Below are positions 10,216 through 18,709 of a stretch of DNA of 41,145 nucleotides, piece by piece; the stretch's first letter is position 1, and every line of letters begins with the position of its first letter. Below the pieces are notes generated by a model. The model made no database searches. It was not told where the DNA came from and saw only the letters and a list, made by a program, of their open reading frames with translations. The DNA comes from Lysobacterales bacterium (GTDB taxonomy: Bacteria; Pseudomonadota; Gammaproteobacteria; Xanthomonadales; SZUA-36), in NCBI GenBank assembly GCA_041571375.1, contig JBFFUJ010000001.1, positions 1 to 41,145 on the forward strand, read 5' to 3'. The translations under genes and the position numbers were made by a program.

Positions 10216-10875
10216 ATGAGCAATCTTCCCAGCGAAATCGAAAAACAGGTCCAGGAAACGACACAGGCTCTGCAAGCGGCCATCGAGGCCGAGAAGAAAT
10301 CGGCCGAGGACGGCAAGGCCCCGGTCAAGAAGCCCGGCACCGCGCGCGGCATCGAAACCATGTTCCGCGCCAGTTACCGCGTGCAGATGGACCTGACCGG
10401 CCTGGCGGACAACAAGGCCAACATGATGATCAGCATCAACGGCATCATCATCTCGATCATCATTGCCGCGGTGGCCCCGAAACTGGACGCCAACCCCTGG
10501 CTGCTTCTGCCGACGGTTCTGCTGCTGGTGGGCGCCATGGTTTCCATGGTCTACGCCATCATCGCCGCACGCCCGAGGGTCAGCCACGACTACATCAGCC
10601 TCGCCGACCTGCGGCACAGCAAGGGAAATATCCTGTTCTTCGGGAACTTCGCCAACATGCCCGAGGACGAGTTCGTCACGGGCATGGAAGAGTTGATGGA
10701 GGAGAAGACCGTCCTCTACGAGACCATGATTCGCAACCTGCACGGGATCGGCAGCGTGCTGAACCGCAAGTTCGCCCTGCTGCAGATCGCTTACACCAGC
10801 TTCATGGTGGCGTTGGTGCTGGGCGTGCTGTCATTCATCGGGGTTTTCGTCTGGATTCTGGCCAAGGCTCCGTAG
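10216..10875 (+). CDS. DUF5706 / Pycsar-effector-like (PycTM-type) membrane protein, stand-alone
   Basis: ATG at 10216 after GGAGAGAGAAC. The motif string ETMFRASYRVQMDL..LADNKANMMISINGIII ... ARPR ... NILFFGNFANMPEDEF ... LYETMIRNLHGIGSVLNRKFALLQIAYTSFM matches the domain I know from the C-termini of HD-domain proteins and Pycsar TM effectors. Confidence 0.7.
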   Translation: MSNLPSEIEKQVQETTQALQAAIEAEKKSAEDGKAPVKKPGTARGIETMFRASYRVQMDLTGLADNKANMMISINGIIISIIIAAVAPKLDANPWLLLPTVLLLVGAMVSMVYAIIAARPRVSHDYISLADLRHSKGNILFFGNFANMPEDEFVTGMEELMEEKTVLYETMIRNLHGIGSVLNRKFALLQIAYTSFMVALVLGVLSFIGVFVWILAKAP

Positions 10876-11142
10876 CCCAGCCGAGACAGACCGAGCCTTT
10901 CCGCGGCGTCCGGCGGTGATCCGGGCGGCGGCTTCAGAATCGTTCGACAGCCCGGCATCGAGGGCCTTTCCCCGCCAGAAAAATCTTCAATAAGCGGACT
11001 TCTGACGGTCACTCTGGCTGCGGCCTCCGCTGTTTCAGATGATTTTCCGCGCCAACGCGACGCGGTGCTGCCGCAGGTCAATTGCCCCCGGTAAAGCGTG
11101 ACTTAACATGTGAACGATGACCCAGCGGTCAAGAGGTAAGTC

Positions 11143-12705
11143 ATGTCGATCATCCCCAGCAGTATTCTCAGCAAACTCTACAACCGTACCAGCCTGCGCA
11201 ACGTTGAAGACAGCGTGCGCTTCTCCGTCAAGAACCGCCTCAGCCCGGCGACCCTGCGGAAGATTACCCGGGTGGAACTGGACAACAACCTAATCGAATC
11301 CGAACAGATTAGCGTGGCCATCGACGGCGGCAGCGCCTTCCCGGTGGCTCAACTCACCCCCAAGCAGCCCGTCGATTTCCCGCTGGGCACCGAGGTGACT
11401 TTTGTCCTGAACATCCCCCCGATCGAAGAGGGCAAGCATCAGCTGTCGGTGGTCTTCGACAGTCAGCCCTTCGGCGAATTGAAACTGTCCGTTCACGATG
11501 CGTTGAACTCCGGCGTCCGGGCCCCGGGCACACTGCCGCGCGATACGGCCGACGACTACAGCCGAAAGATCGTGCGGGCGCGGCAACAGTTCATTCTCGA
11601 TCAAACCGGCGCAAAGCTCGATCATGTAGGCCGCTACTCCATCGAACCGGGTGTGACCCGCGGCAACATCGAGCACTTTACCGGCGTTGCCCAGGTACCG
11701 CTCGGATTCGCCGGACCCTTGCTGGTCAACGGCCAGCAGGCCCAGGGCGAATTCTATGTTCCGCTTGCGACCAGCGAGGGGACCCTGGTGGCCTCCTACA
11801 ACCGGGGCATGAAGGTCCTGCACCGCAGTGGCGGCGTCAAGTGCGCGGTCGTCGGCGACAACATGCAGCGGGCTCCCGTGTTCATTTTTGATGACGCAGC
11901 CGCGGCCGCCCGCTTCGTCGACTGGGTACGCGACCACCTGACAGGCATCAGAGCGGCAGCCGAGGCAACCGATCCGTTCGTGAAGCTCGACTACATCGAC
12001 CCGTATCTTTCCAATTCCTTTGCCTTCCTGCGTTTCAACTTCAAAACCGGCGACGCCGCCGGGATGAACATGGTGGGCAAGGCCACCTTCGCTGCCTGTA
12101 ACTGGATCCTCCAGCGGTGCGCGGAAATCGACATCAAACGGTTCTATCTCGAATCGAATTTCGCTACCGACAAAAAGGCATCGATGGTGAACATCATGCA
12201 CACCCGGGGCAAGCGGGTCACCGCCGAAGCGCTGATCAAGCGCGAGGCACTGCTCGACATCATGGACGCGGAGCCCGACTCGATATACGAGCACTACAAG
12301 GTATCGACCATCGGCAGCATGCTGTCCGGTGCCGTCAACAACGGCTGCCATTCCCCGAACGCGATCACCGCGATGTTCATCGCCACCGGCCAGGACGTGG
12401 CCAACGTCTCCGAATCTTCAGCGGCACTGCTGTTTGCAGACCTGACAGCGGAACGCGACCTGTACATGTCGGTCACGCTGCCTTCGCTGATCGTGGCAAC
12501 CTGCGGGGGCGGTACGGGGCTTCCGACGCAACGCGAGTGCCTGGAGGCATTGGGCTGCTACGGCGTCGGCAAGGTGCACAAGTTCGCCGAGATCGTCGCC
12601 GGCACCGTGCTGGCCGGGGAAATTTCCCTGGCCGCGGCCATCTCGTCGCTCGACTGGGTCTCGAGCCACGACCAGTTCGGGCGCAACGACCCGACGGCGG
12701 GGTGA
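11143..12705 (+). CDS. Hydroxymethylglutaryl-CoA reductase, class-I-like catalytic domain with about 135-aa N-terminal extension
   Basis: ATG at 11143 after AAGAGG. Catalytic-domain motifs TSEGTLVASYNRGMK, GDAAGMNMV, ATCGGGTGLPTQRECL and DWVSSHDQFGRN. Residues 1-135 (11143..11550) lie outside the catalytic core. Confidence 0.9.
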   Translation: MSIIPSSILSKLYNRTSLRNVEDSVRFSVKNRLSPATLRKITRVELDNNLIESEQISVAIDGGSAFPVAQLTPKQPVDFPLGTEVTFVLNIPPIEEGKHQLSVVFDSQPFGELKLSVHDALNSGVRAPGTLPRDTADDYSRKIVRARQQFILDQTGAKLDHVGRYSIEPGVTRGNIEHFTGVAQVPLGFAGPLLVNGQQAQGEFYVPLATSEGTLVASYNRGMKVLHRSGGVKCAVVGDNMQRAPVFIFDDAAAAARFVDWVRDHLTGIRAAAEATDPFVKLDYIDPYLSNSFAFLRFNFKTGDAAGMNMVGKATFAACNWILQRCAEIDIKRFYLESNFATDKKASMVNIMHTRGKRVTAEALIKREALLDIMDAEPDSIYEHYKVSTIGSMLSGAVNNGCHSPNAITAMFIATGQDVANVSESSAALLFADLTAERDLYMSVTLPSLIVATCGGGTGLPTQRECLEALGCYGVGKVHKFAEIVAGTVLAGEISLAAAISSLDWVSSHDQFGRNDPTAG

Positions 12706-12753
12706 CCGGGCGGCATCAGCCGTAATAGCCACCCGTCGCAGGCCGGAACGAGC

Positions 12754-13128
12754 TTAGAGTTCGGGCCGGCTCAGGCGCAGTTGTTCGCGCTCGTTGCGGC
12801 CTTCGACGAACTCCACGAGATTGTGGATCGAGATATCGTTCTTCAGGAACAGCCCGCTGAACGCGTTGATGCAGGCTGCCGGGGACGCCGCGGGGAAACG
12901 CTCCCCGAATTCTCTCCGAAACACGCAGAACTCGGCGTAGGCGTAGAGTTTGCCGTGATTGAATGATCCGGTAGCGCCGAGGTCGGATTGGTAGCGCGCG
13001 GATTCGAGCAGCCGGCGGTACTCGGCGGGCGCCTGCTGCATGACCAGTTCCACGAACTCCGCGGCATGATCCAGCAGCGTCGCCTCCAGGCCCTCGACTT
13101 CCACCGGCAGATTGCTGCCCTCTTCCAT
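12754..13128 (-). CDS. Hypothetical protein (124 aa), no recognised domain
   Basis: ATG at 13126..13128 preceded by AGGAG. The composition is acidic and helical and unlike the overlapping Arg/Pro-rich alternative frames. Confidence 0.5.
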   Translation of the reverse strand: MEEGSNLPVEVEGLEATLLDHAAEFVELVMQQAPAEYRRLLESARYQSDLGATGSFNHGKLYAYAEFCVFRREFGERFPAASPAACINAFSGLFLKNDISIHNLVEFVEGRNEREQLRLSRPEL

Positions 13129-13169
13129 ACGCTCCTGCTACTCTGCTGCCCGCACGGGTCACCGCCCCC

Positions 13170-13199
13170 GGCCGCCCGTCGCTCTCAGGGAGGGCGGCC
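13170..13199 (-). terminator. GC hairpin downstream of the MFS gene (weak terminator candidate)
   Basis: ggccgccc (13170..13177) and gggcggcc (13192..13199) form an 8-bp perfect inverted repeat with a 14-nt loop. No U-tract follows. Confidence 0.25.
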
Positions 13200-13248
13200 A
13201 TCAGCGGTGCGCCCCATTGTAACCTGCTGACCGGGTGCCGGCCCCGCT

Positions 13249-14520
13249 TCAGTCTTCCCAGTCCGACTCGATCCAGCGCGAGGCAAGGGCAAAAAGAATG
13301 GCCGCCACCACATACAGCACCGAGCCGGCCAGGATGGAATAGCGCAGGGAGTCATCGCCATAGTGCACCGCCAGCGAATCCGAGAGCGCCCCCAGCACCC
13401 AGGTGCCCAGACCGAGACCGATCAGGTTGTTGATGAAAAGAAACACGGCCGAGGCGGTCGCGCGCATGTCCGGCGGCACCAGGTGCTGGATGCTCGAAAC
13501 AACCGGCCCCAGCCAGGTCAGGCCGAGCGCCGTCGGCACCAGCAACACCACGAAAGTCAGCGCCAGACTCGGTGAAAACAGCGCCATCAGGTAAAACGGG
13601 ACGATCGCGAACAGCGCGACCGCGGGAATCATCGGGTAACGGCGGCGGCGCACCTGGCCCAGTCGGTCGCCGAACCAGCCGCCGGCCCAGATCCCGACCA
13701 GACCGCCCAGCAGGACAATCGCGCCGAAAAAGAGTGATGCCTCCAGCAATTCCAGGCCATAGCTGCGCACGAAGAAGGAAGGCAGCCAGAAGAACAGGCC
13801 ATAGCCCATCATCGAGGAACAGGCTGCAGCCAGGGACATCAGCCAGAAACTGGGTTTGCCCGTGAGCGTGTGAAAGACCTCGGTGATGCCGGGCGCCGGT
13901 CTGTCCTCCCTGGGCGGGTCGTAGCGTCCCCGCGGTGGCTCGCGGATTGCCAGCCGGAAAATCGGGGCCAGTGCCAGGCCGGCCAGGCCGACGGCGAAAA
14001 AGGCGAAACGCCAATCGACCTTGCTGGCGATCAACCCTCCAAAGAAAATGCCCAGCGCGCTCCCGATCGGGATACCGAAGGAATAGATTCCCAGCGCCCG
14101 CGCGCGTTGATGCTGCGGGAAGTAGTCCGAGATCAGCGACCAGGCGGGTGCGACCCCACCCGCCTCGCCGACACCGACACCCAGCCGCGCCAGGAACAGC
14201 TGGAAGAAGTTCTGAGCCAGTCCACAGGCAGCCGTCATCGCGCTCCACACGGCCAACGCGATGGTCATGATCCAGGTGCGGCTGAAACGGTCCGCCAGCA
14301 TGGCAACCGGGATGCCGAGCCCGGTGTAGAAAAGGGCGAAAGCCAGCCCGCCCATCAGGCCAAGCTGGGCATCGGTCAGCTGGAGTTCTTCCTTGATCGG
14401 CACCGCCAGAATGCCCACGATTTGCCGGTCAATGAAATTGAAGGTGTACACCACGACCAGCAGAAACAGCACGAAACCGCGGCCCTGGCCCAGTAGCCGC
14501 TCTTCACCGCGGGACTTCAT
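13249..14520 (-). CDS. MFS transporter (spinster-like subgroup)
   Basis: 423 aa with ATG at 14518..14520. N-terminal FIDRQIVGILAVPIKEELQLTDAQLGLMGG motif, DRFSR loop, and 12 hydrophobic segments. Confidence 0.9.
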   Translation of the reverse strand: MKSRGEERLLGQGRGFVLFLLVVVYTFNFIDRQIVGILAVPIKEELQLTDAQLGLMGGLAFALFYTGLGIPVAMLADRFSRTWIMTIALAVWSAMTAACGLAQNFFQLFLARLGVGVGEAGGVAPAWSLISDYFPQHQRARALGIYSFGIPIGSALGIFFGGLIASKVDWRFAFFAVGLAGLALAPIFRLAIREPPRGRYDPPREDRPAPGITEVFHTLTGKPSFWLMSLAAACSSMMGYGLFFWLPSFFVRSYGLELLEASLFFGAIVLLGGLVGIWAGGWFGDRLGQVRRRRYPMIPAVALFAIVPFYLMALFSPSLALTFVVLLVPTALGLTWLGPVVSSIQHLVPPDMRATASAVFLFINNLIGLGLGTWVLGALSDSLAVHYGDDSLRYSILAGSVLYVVAAILFALASRWIESDWED

Positions 14521-14620
14521 CCGGAGATTCCGGTCTGCCGGTCGGCTTTCGCCATCTGCGCCTCGCGCTCCGGCTCACCTGGGAGGCGAGCATCACTCGG
14601 GATGCTAAACAGTAGCAGAA

Positions 14621-17119
14621 TCAGGTGGCAGGAGCAGCCCGGGGTTGCGCCTTCGCCCGAAACAGGGCGGTGGCGATAAGGTACAGCACCAGGGAAGCCA
14701 GCAGAACGGCAGTGAATCCGAACTGAATGGCCAGCAGCGCAGCCAACGCCGCACTGATCACCGAGGCAAAGCCGTTGATGCCCCAGGCCCAGGGGATGAA
14801 TTCGGGGTCTTCTTCCGCGAGACGACGCAATCCCAGCGGAAATGGCAGTCCCATGCAGAAGGCGAGCGGCGCGATCAGCAGCAGGGTGATAAGCACCCGG
14901 CTGGGGTCCGCGAGGCCAATCGTACGCTCGAACAGCACCGGCAGCAGCATCAGGTACAGCAGGACGATCACCGCAATGCCGGCGACCGCCAGGACCACCA
15001 GACCGCGTCCGCCACGGCCGGTGCGCAGCGTGAGCCAATGCGAGCAGAGGCTGCCCGTGCCTGCCGAGATCAGGAACCCCGTCAGGACCACCGTCACCGA
15101 ATAAAGCGGGTGCGCCAGGTACAGGATGAATTTCTGCATGAACGCGATCTCGATGAACAGGAAGGCCAGGCCCAGCAGGAAAAAATAGCCGCCCAGGCGG
15201 GGGCGAACCGGTGCTCTGCCACTCTCAGCGCGAGCGCCTGCCGGTGCGCTCCGGCTGAGCGCCAGCGGCAGCAGGATCAGCACGCTGCCCGCGAACAGAG
15301 CCTGCAACAGCGTGGCGACCAGCACCAGGTAGCCCCACTCCATCAGACCGGCGCCCCCGCGTTCCCGCAACGCGTACAGCTCCGGCAGGGCACGCCATTT
15401 GAAGAAGTTGAAAAAGTAGGGTCGCTGGTCGGTCGCCGGCGCGATGTCGTACTTGTAATCCTCGATGAACGCTGCCGGCGATTCGCTGAGCAGCGCTCGA
15501 ATACCTTCGTAAAACCAGGGACGATCGAGACGGTTGAAGCGGTTGGCTTGGTTCCCGTCCATGCCAGGATACCAGGCCAGATCGAAGGAGCGCTGACGGG
15601 CGAATTCGCGAATGCGCGCGGTCTCCAGCTCGGTGAATTCGCCGGCTTTGGCCACCAGCGTGAACGTGTTCCAGCTGCGAACGGCCGCCAGGGCCAGCGC
15701 CGGGTCCGCGGCATCGCGTCTGCGCAGGGCCTCGATGGTCGTGGCCGCCAGCTTCAACCCATCGCGCGGTGGAACCTGCAGCCATCGCGTGATCGAGAGC
15801 AAACCGCCGGGCTCGAGCCGATCGAGATATTGCTGGATGGCCTCCACCGTGTACACGTAGCTCTCACTCAAGGCCTGCACACCGGATCCCGATACCGCCA
15901 TGGAATCGAGCATGGACAGCTGGATCAGATCAAATCGCTGCCTGCTGCGGGTCACGAAGCCGCGCGCCTCGCCGAGGTGCAGCGCGACCTGTTCGTTGGC
16001 ATACAGCTGCCCGGACCGCGCCGCCAACTCCCCCCGCATCAGTGCGGCCATCTGTGGATTGAGCTCGACCGCGTCGACCCGGCTGGCCCCGTTGTAAAGC
16101 GCCATCAGAACGTCATAGCCGCCACCGGCCCCCAGCACCGCGACCCGCGGAGCGTCCAGCAACGGGTAGGGCAACGCAGCGGTCACGTCCCGCATGAAGC
16201 TGGGGCGTTCCAGGTCGCCGTCGAATGTCGTGACCACGCTCATGCCGTCGCCATCGGTGAACACCGCAGTTTGCTCGGGCGGCAGTGCCCGCGCGTTGAA
16301 ACTCAGGCCCGGGGCATACCGAAACGGCACCTGCGGGCTTTCCACGGCAGTCAGCAGCCCCAGCGGCCCGGATCGCTCCGCCAACACCTGCGTACCGGTC
16401 ACCGACAGCGTCTGGCTCAGCCCCTTGAATTCGGATATCCGCAAACCGATCCGGTCGGCCGGCACCAGCCAGACCAGGACCAGCAGCCAGCCGATCTGCA
16501 GCGCCCGGAGGGTGCGGGGCGACCTCCCGGCCCGGCCCGCGTGGAGGGATGCCACCAGCGCCAGCGCCGCGAGACCGAGCACCGCGCGCTGCGGGGGCAG
16601 CAGGAACAACAGGGCGATCACGAGCCCGCCCCCCAGCCCGGCGCCGAGTAGGTCGAAGAAATAGATGCGATGCGCACGCTTGCCGCCGAAAGTGAAAGCC
16701 ATGCCGATGCAGGCGGCAGCGAAGAAGAACGGCAGGATGAACAGCAGATACAGCTCGGCCAGGTAGAGAAACTGGTGCGGGTTCCAGATGACCTCGAGCG
16801 CGTTGAACGGCAGGCGCTGGCCCAGCACCAGGCAGCCCACCATCGAGACACTGAACAGCAGCGCACTGGCGGCGAAGCAGCGTTCGAAGCGGGGCTGCAG
16901 CCACGCCCTCGCCAGCGCGATCGCGCTGCCGCTGGCCCCATAGCCAAGCAGCGCCAGGCTGATGATCATCCAGGCGAAGTGATGCCAGTGGACAATCGAC
17001 AGAACCCGGATCAGCAGAATCTCATAGGCGATGGCTGCAGCGGAAATCAGCAGGATAGCGAACAGCGGCCCGCCCCGGTCCGGGCCCGGCTTTTCCAGCG
17101 CGGCCCGGTCAGCGCTCAC
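14621..17119 (-). CDS. Polytopic membrane protein with embedded spermidine-synthase-like SAM-dependent transferase domain
   Basis: 832 aa, apparent GTG start at 17117..17119. About 7 N-terminal TM segments, a central Rossmann motif VAVLGAGGGYDVLMAL...VDAVELNP with DLIQLSMLD, then about 6 C-terminal TM segments. It overlaps the pcm stop by 11 nt. Confidence 0.75.
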   Translation of the reverse strand: MSADRAALEKPGPDRGGPLFAILLISAAAIAYEILLIRVLSIVHWHHFAWMIISLALLGYGASGSAIALARAWLQPRFERCFAASALLFSVSMVGCLVLGQRLPFNALEVIWNPHQFLYLAELYLLFILPFFFAAACIGMAFTFGGKRAHRIYFFDLLGAGLGGGLVIALLFLLPPQRAVLGLAALALVASLHAGRAGRSPRTLRALQIGWLLVLVWLVPADRIGLRISEFKGLSQTLSVTGTQVLAERSGPLGLLTAVESPQVPFRYAPGLSFNARALPPEQTAVFTDGDGMSVVTTFDGDLERPSFMRDVTAALPYPLLDAPRVAVLGAGGGYDVLMALYNGASRVDAVELNPQMAALMRGELAARSGQLYANEQVALHLGEARGFVTRSRQRFDLIQLSMLDSMAVSGSGVQALSESYVYTVEAIQQYLDRLEPGGLLSITRWLQVPPRDGLKLAATTIEALRRRDAADPALALAAVRSWNTFTLVAKAGEFTELETARIREFARQRSFDLAWYPGMDGNQANRFNRLDRPWFYEGIRALLSESPAAFIEDYKYDIAPATDQRPYFFNFFKWRALPELYALRERGGAGLMEWGYLVLVATLLQALFAGSVLILLPLALSRSAPAGARAESGRAPVRPRLGGYFFLLGLAFLFIEIAFMQKFILYLAHPLYSVTVVLTGFLISAGTGSLCSHWLTLRTGRGGRGLVVLAVAGIAVIVLLYLMLLPVLFERTIGLADPSRVLITLLLIAPLAFCMGLPFPLGLRRLAEEDPEFIPWAWGINGFASVISAALAALLAIQFGFTAVLLASLVLYLIATALFRAKAQPRAAPAT

Positions 17120-17873
17120 CGGTCAGCGGAACGAAGCGCACGGCGGTGATTTGTCGCGTAACGATCTCTCCGGTCGTTTTTTTTGTGACCAGCAGCAGAT
17201 ACTGGACCGTGAAGCGTCCGCCGACCGGGATCACCATCCGGCCACCCGGCTTCAGCTGCTCGATCAGCGGCGGCGGCACATGGCTGGCGGCTGCCGTCAC
17301 GACGATCGCGTCGAACGGGCCCTTGTCAGCCCAACCGAAGTAGCCGTCGCCCAGCCGCGTGGCGACATTGTCGTAACCGAGCCGTTCCAGCCGCGCGGTC
17401 GCCTCGAGGTGCAGCGGTTCGATGATCTCGATGCTGTAAACCTGACCCACCAGTTTGGCCAGCACCGCCGCCTGGTAGCCCGAACCGGTTCCGATTTCCA
17501 GTACCGTGTCTTGGCGGCCGGGCTCCGCCAGTTCGGTCATCAGCGCGACGATGTAGGGCTGCGAAATGGTCTGCCCGTGGCCGATCGGCAAGGGGTGATT
17601 GTCATAGGCCTCGGACCACAGTTTCTTCGGGACGAATTCATGCCGCGGCACGGCGCCCATCACGTCGAGGATCTGATCGCTGAAGCCCCTGCGGCCGGGG
17701 GGTGGATCCATTCGGCCATAGGCCTTTATTTCGTTCACCAGCGCCATGTGTGCGGCTTCGAAGCCGGAATCCTGGCCGAGTGCGGCTCCGGCCACCCACG
17801 ACGCTCCGGCCAACCCGGCAGCCAGCAGAAGCACACAGGTTCTCAGCCGGCGTGCTGCGTGGAACCGGAACAT
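17109..17873 (-). CDS. pcm: Protein-L-isoaspartate O-methyltransferase with N-terminal signal peptide
   Basis: Motifs PRHEFVP, GHGQTISQPYIVALMTE, VLEIGTGSGYQAAVLA, DAIVVTAAA and RFVPLTG. The hydrophobic leader is RTCVLLLAAGLAGASWVAGAALG. The ATG at 17871..17873 forms a TGATG junction with the stop of the upstream gene; an alternative ATG lies at 17891. Confidence 0.9.
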   Translation of the reverse strand: MFRFHAARRLRTCVLLLAAGLAGASWVAGAALGQDSGFEAAHMALVNEIKAYGRMDPPPGRRGFSDQILDVMGAVPRHEFVPKKLWSEAYDNHPLPIGHGQTISQPYIVALMTELAEPGRQDTVLEIGTGSGYQAAVLAKLVGQVYSIEIIEPLHLEATARLERLGYDNVATRLGDGYFGWADKGPFDAIVVTAAASHVPPPLIEQLKPGGRMVIPVGGRFTVQYLLLVTKKTTGEIVTRQITAVRFVPLTGER

Positions 17874-18685
17874 CAGGCAGCGTTTTGGCATGGCAGCTCC
17901 TCCACTATGGACCAGGCGCCATAGCCGACCACCCGGTCGTGGTTGCCGGCGGTGTCGCCCGAATTGCGAAGATCCAGTGTTTCGGCCCGCAAGCCGCGTT
18001 GCCGGGCTACCCGCAGCAGGCCGCGCAGCGGTGCCGCTCCGCAGGCGTCGCCGTGACCGATCCGTGGTCCGTCAAGCTGCTCGACCGCCCGGCAGGTCAG
18101 GGCGTCCCGCGACCTCGCAGCACGATACGGCAGGTAGTGGCTCAGGTCCGAGCTGACCACGACCAGCGTATCGGCGCCGACCCAGAGCGCATCGATGACC
18201 TCGGCCACGTCGCGGTCCCGCGCTTCGCCCACAAGCAGCGGCACGATGCAAAAGGCCTCGAGCGTCACCTGCAGGAACGGCAACTGGACTTCCAGGCTGT
18301 GTTCGTCCTGGTGGGCCGCGTCGTTCACCTGCAACGCCGCGTGGCCCAGTCTGTCCAGTGGGTCGGGATCAAGCGCGACGTCACCGAGCGGTGTGCGGAA
18401 AACCAGGGCGCTGCTGCGGGCCAGGCCGCGAAAAGCGCTGAAGTGGCTGGGTCCGACCAGCACCACACGGTGGTAACGGTGGCGGTGCGCGCGAAGGCGG
18501 GCATAGGCCGTGGCCGCCACCGGTCCCGAGTACATGTAGCCTGCGTGAGGGACGATCAGCCCCGCCGGCGCGGCCTCCGGGGCGACCTGGACGGCGTCGA
18601 GCATACCCTCCAGCGCGCCTCGCAGGGCACCGGGATCGGCCGGGTAAAAGGACCCGGCAACCGCTGCTTCCCTGATCCGGGTCAT
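17873..18685 (-). CDS. AmmeMemoRadiSam system protein B (Memo-like)
   Basis: The N-terminus REAAVAGSFYPADPGALR and IVPHAGYMYSGPVAA, plus the later His/Asp/Cys-containing segments, are typical of the Memo family. ATG at 18683..18685; position 18688 is GTG. Confidence 0.9.
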   Translation of the reverse strand: MTRIREAAVAGSFYPADPGALRGALEGMLDAVQVAPEAAPAGLIVPHAGYMYSGPVAATAYARLRAHRHRYHRVVLVGPSHFSAFRGLARSSALVFRTPLGDVALDPDPLDRLGHAALQVNDAAHQDEHSLEVQLPFLQVTLEAFCIVPLLVGEARDRDVAEVIDALWVGADTLVVVSSDLSHYLPYRAARSRDALTCRAVEQLDGPRIGHGDACGAAPLRGLLRVARQRGLRAETLDLRNSGDTAGNHDRVVGYGAWSIVEELPCQNAA

Positions 18686-18709
18686 CACGTTCAGTATAGT
18701 CCGGGCGCT

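Noticed and set aside
10216-12705. Possible Pycsar anti-phage system (TM effector plus cyclase).
   Set aside because: No nucleotide cyclase is present and there is no cNMP-binding domain on the effector-like protein. The downstream gene is clearly HMG-CoA reductase, not a cyclase.
17702-18709. 336-aa N-terminal extension of the radical SAM ORF (ORF track 17702..19864).
   Set aside because: It is antisense to the well-supported Memo-like gene and has low-complexity composition. The conserved radical SAM protein begins at the ATG at 18710 or 18746.
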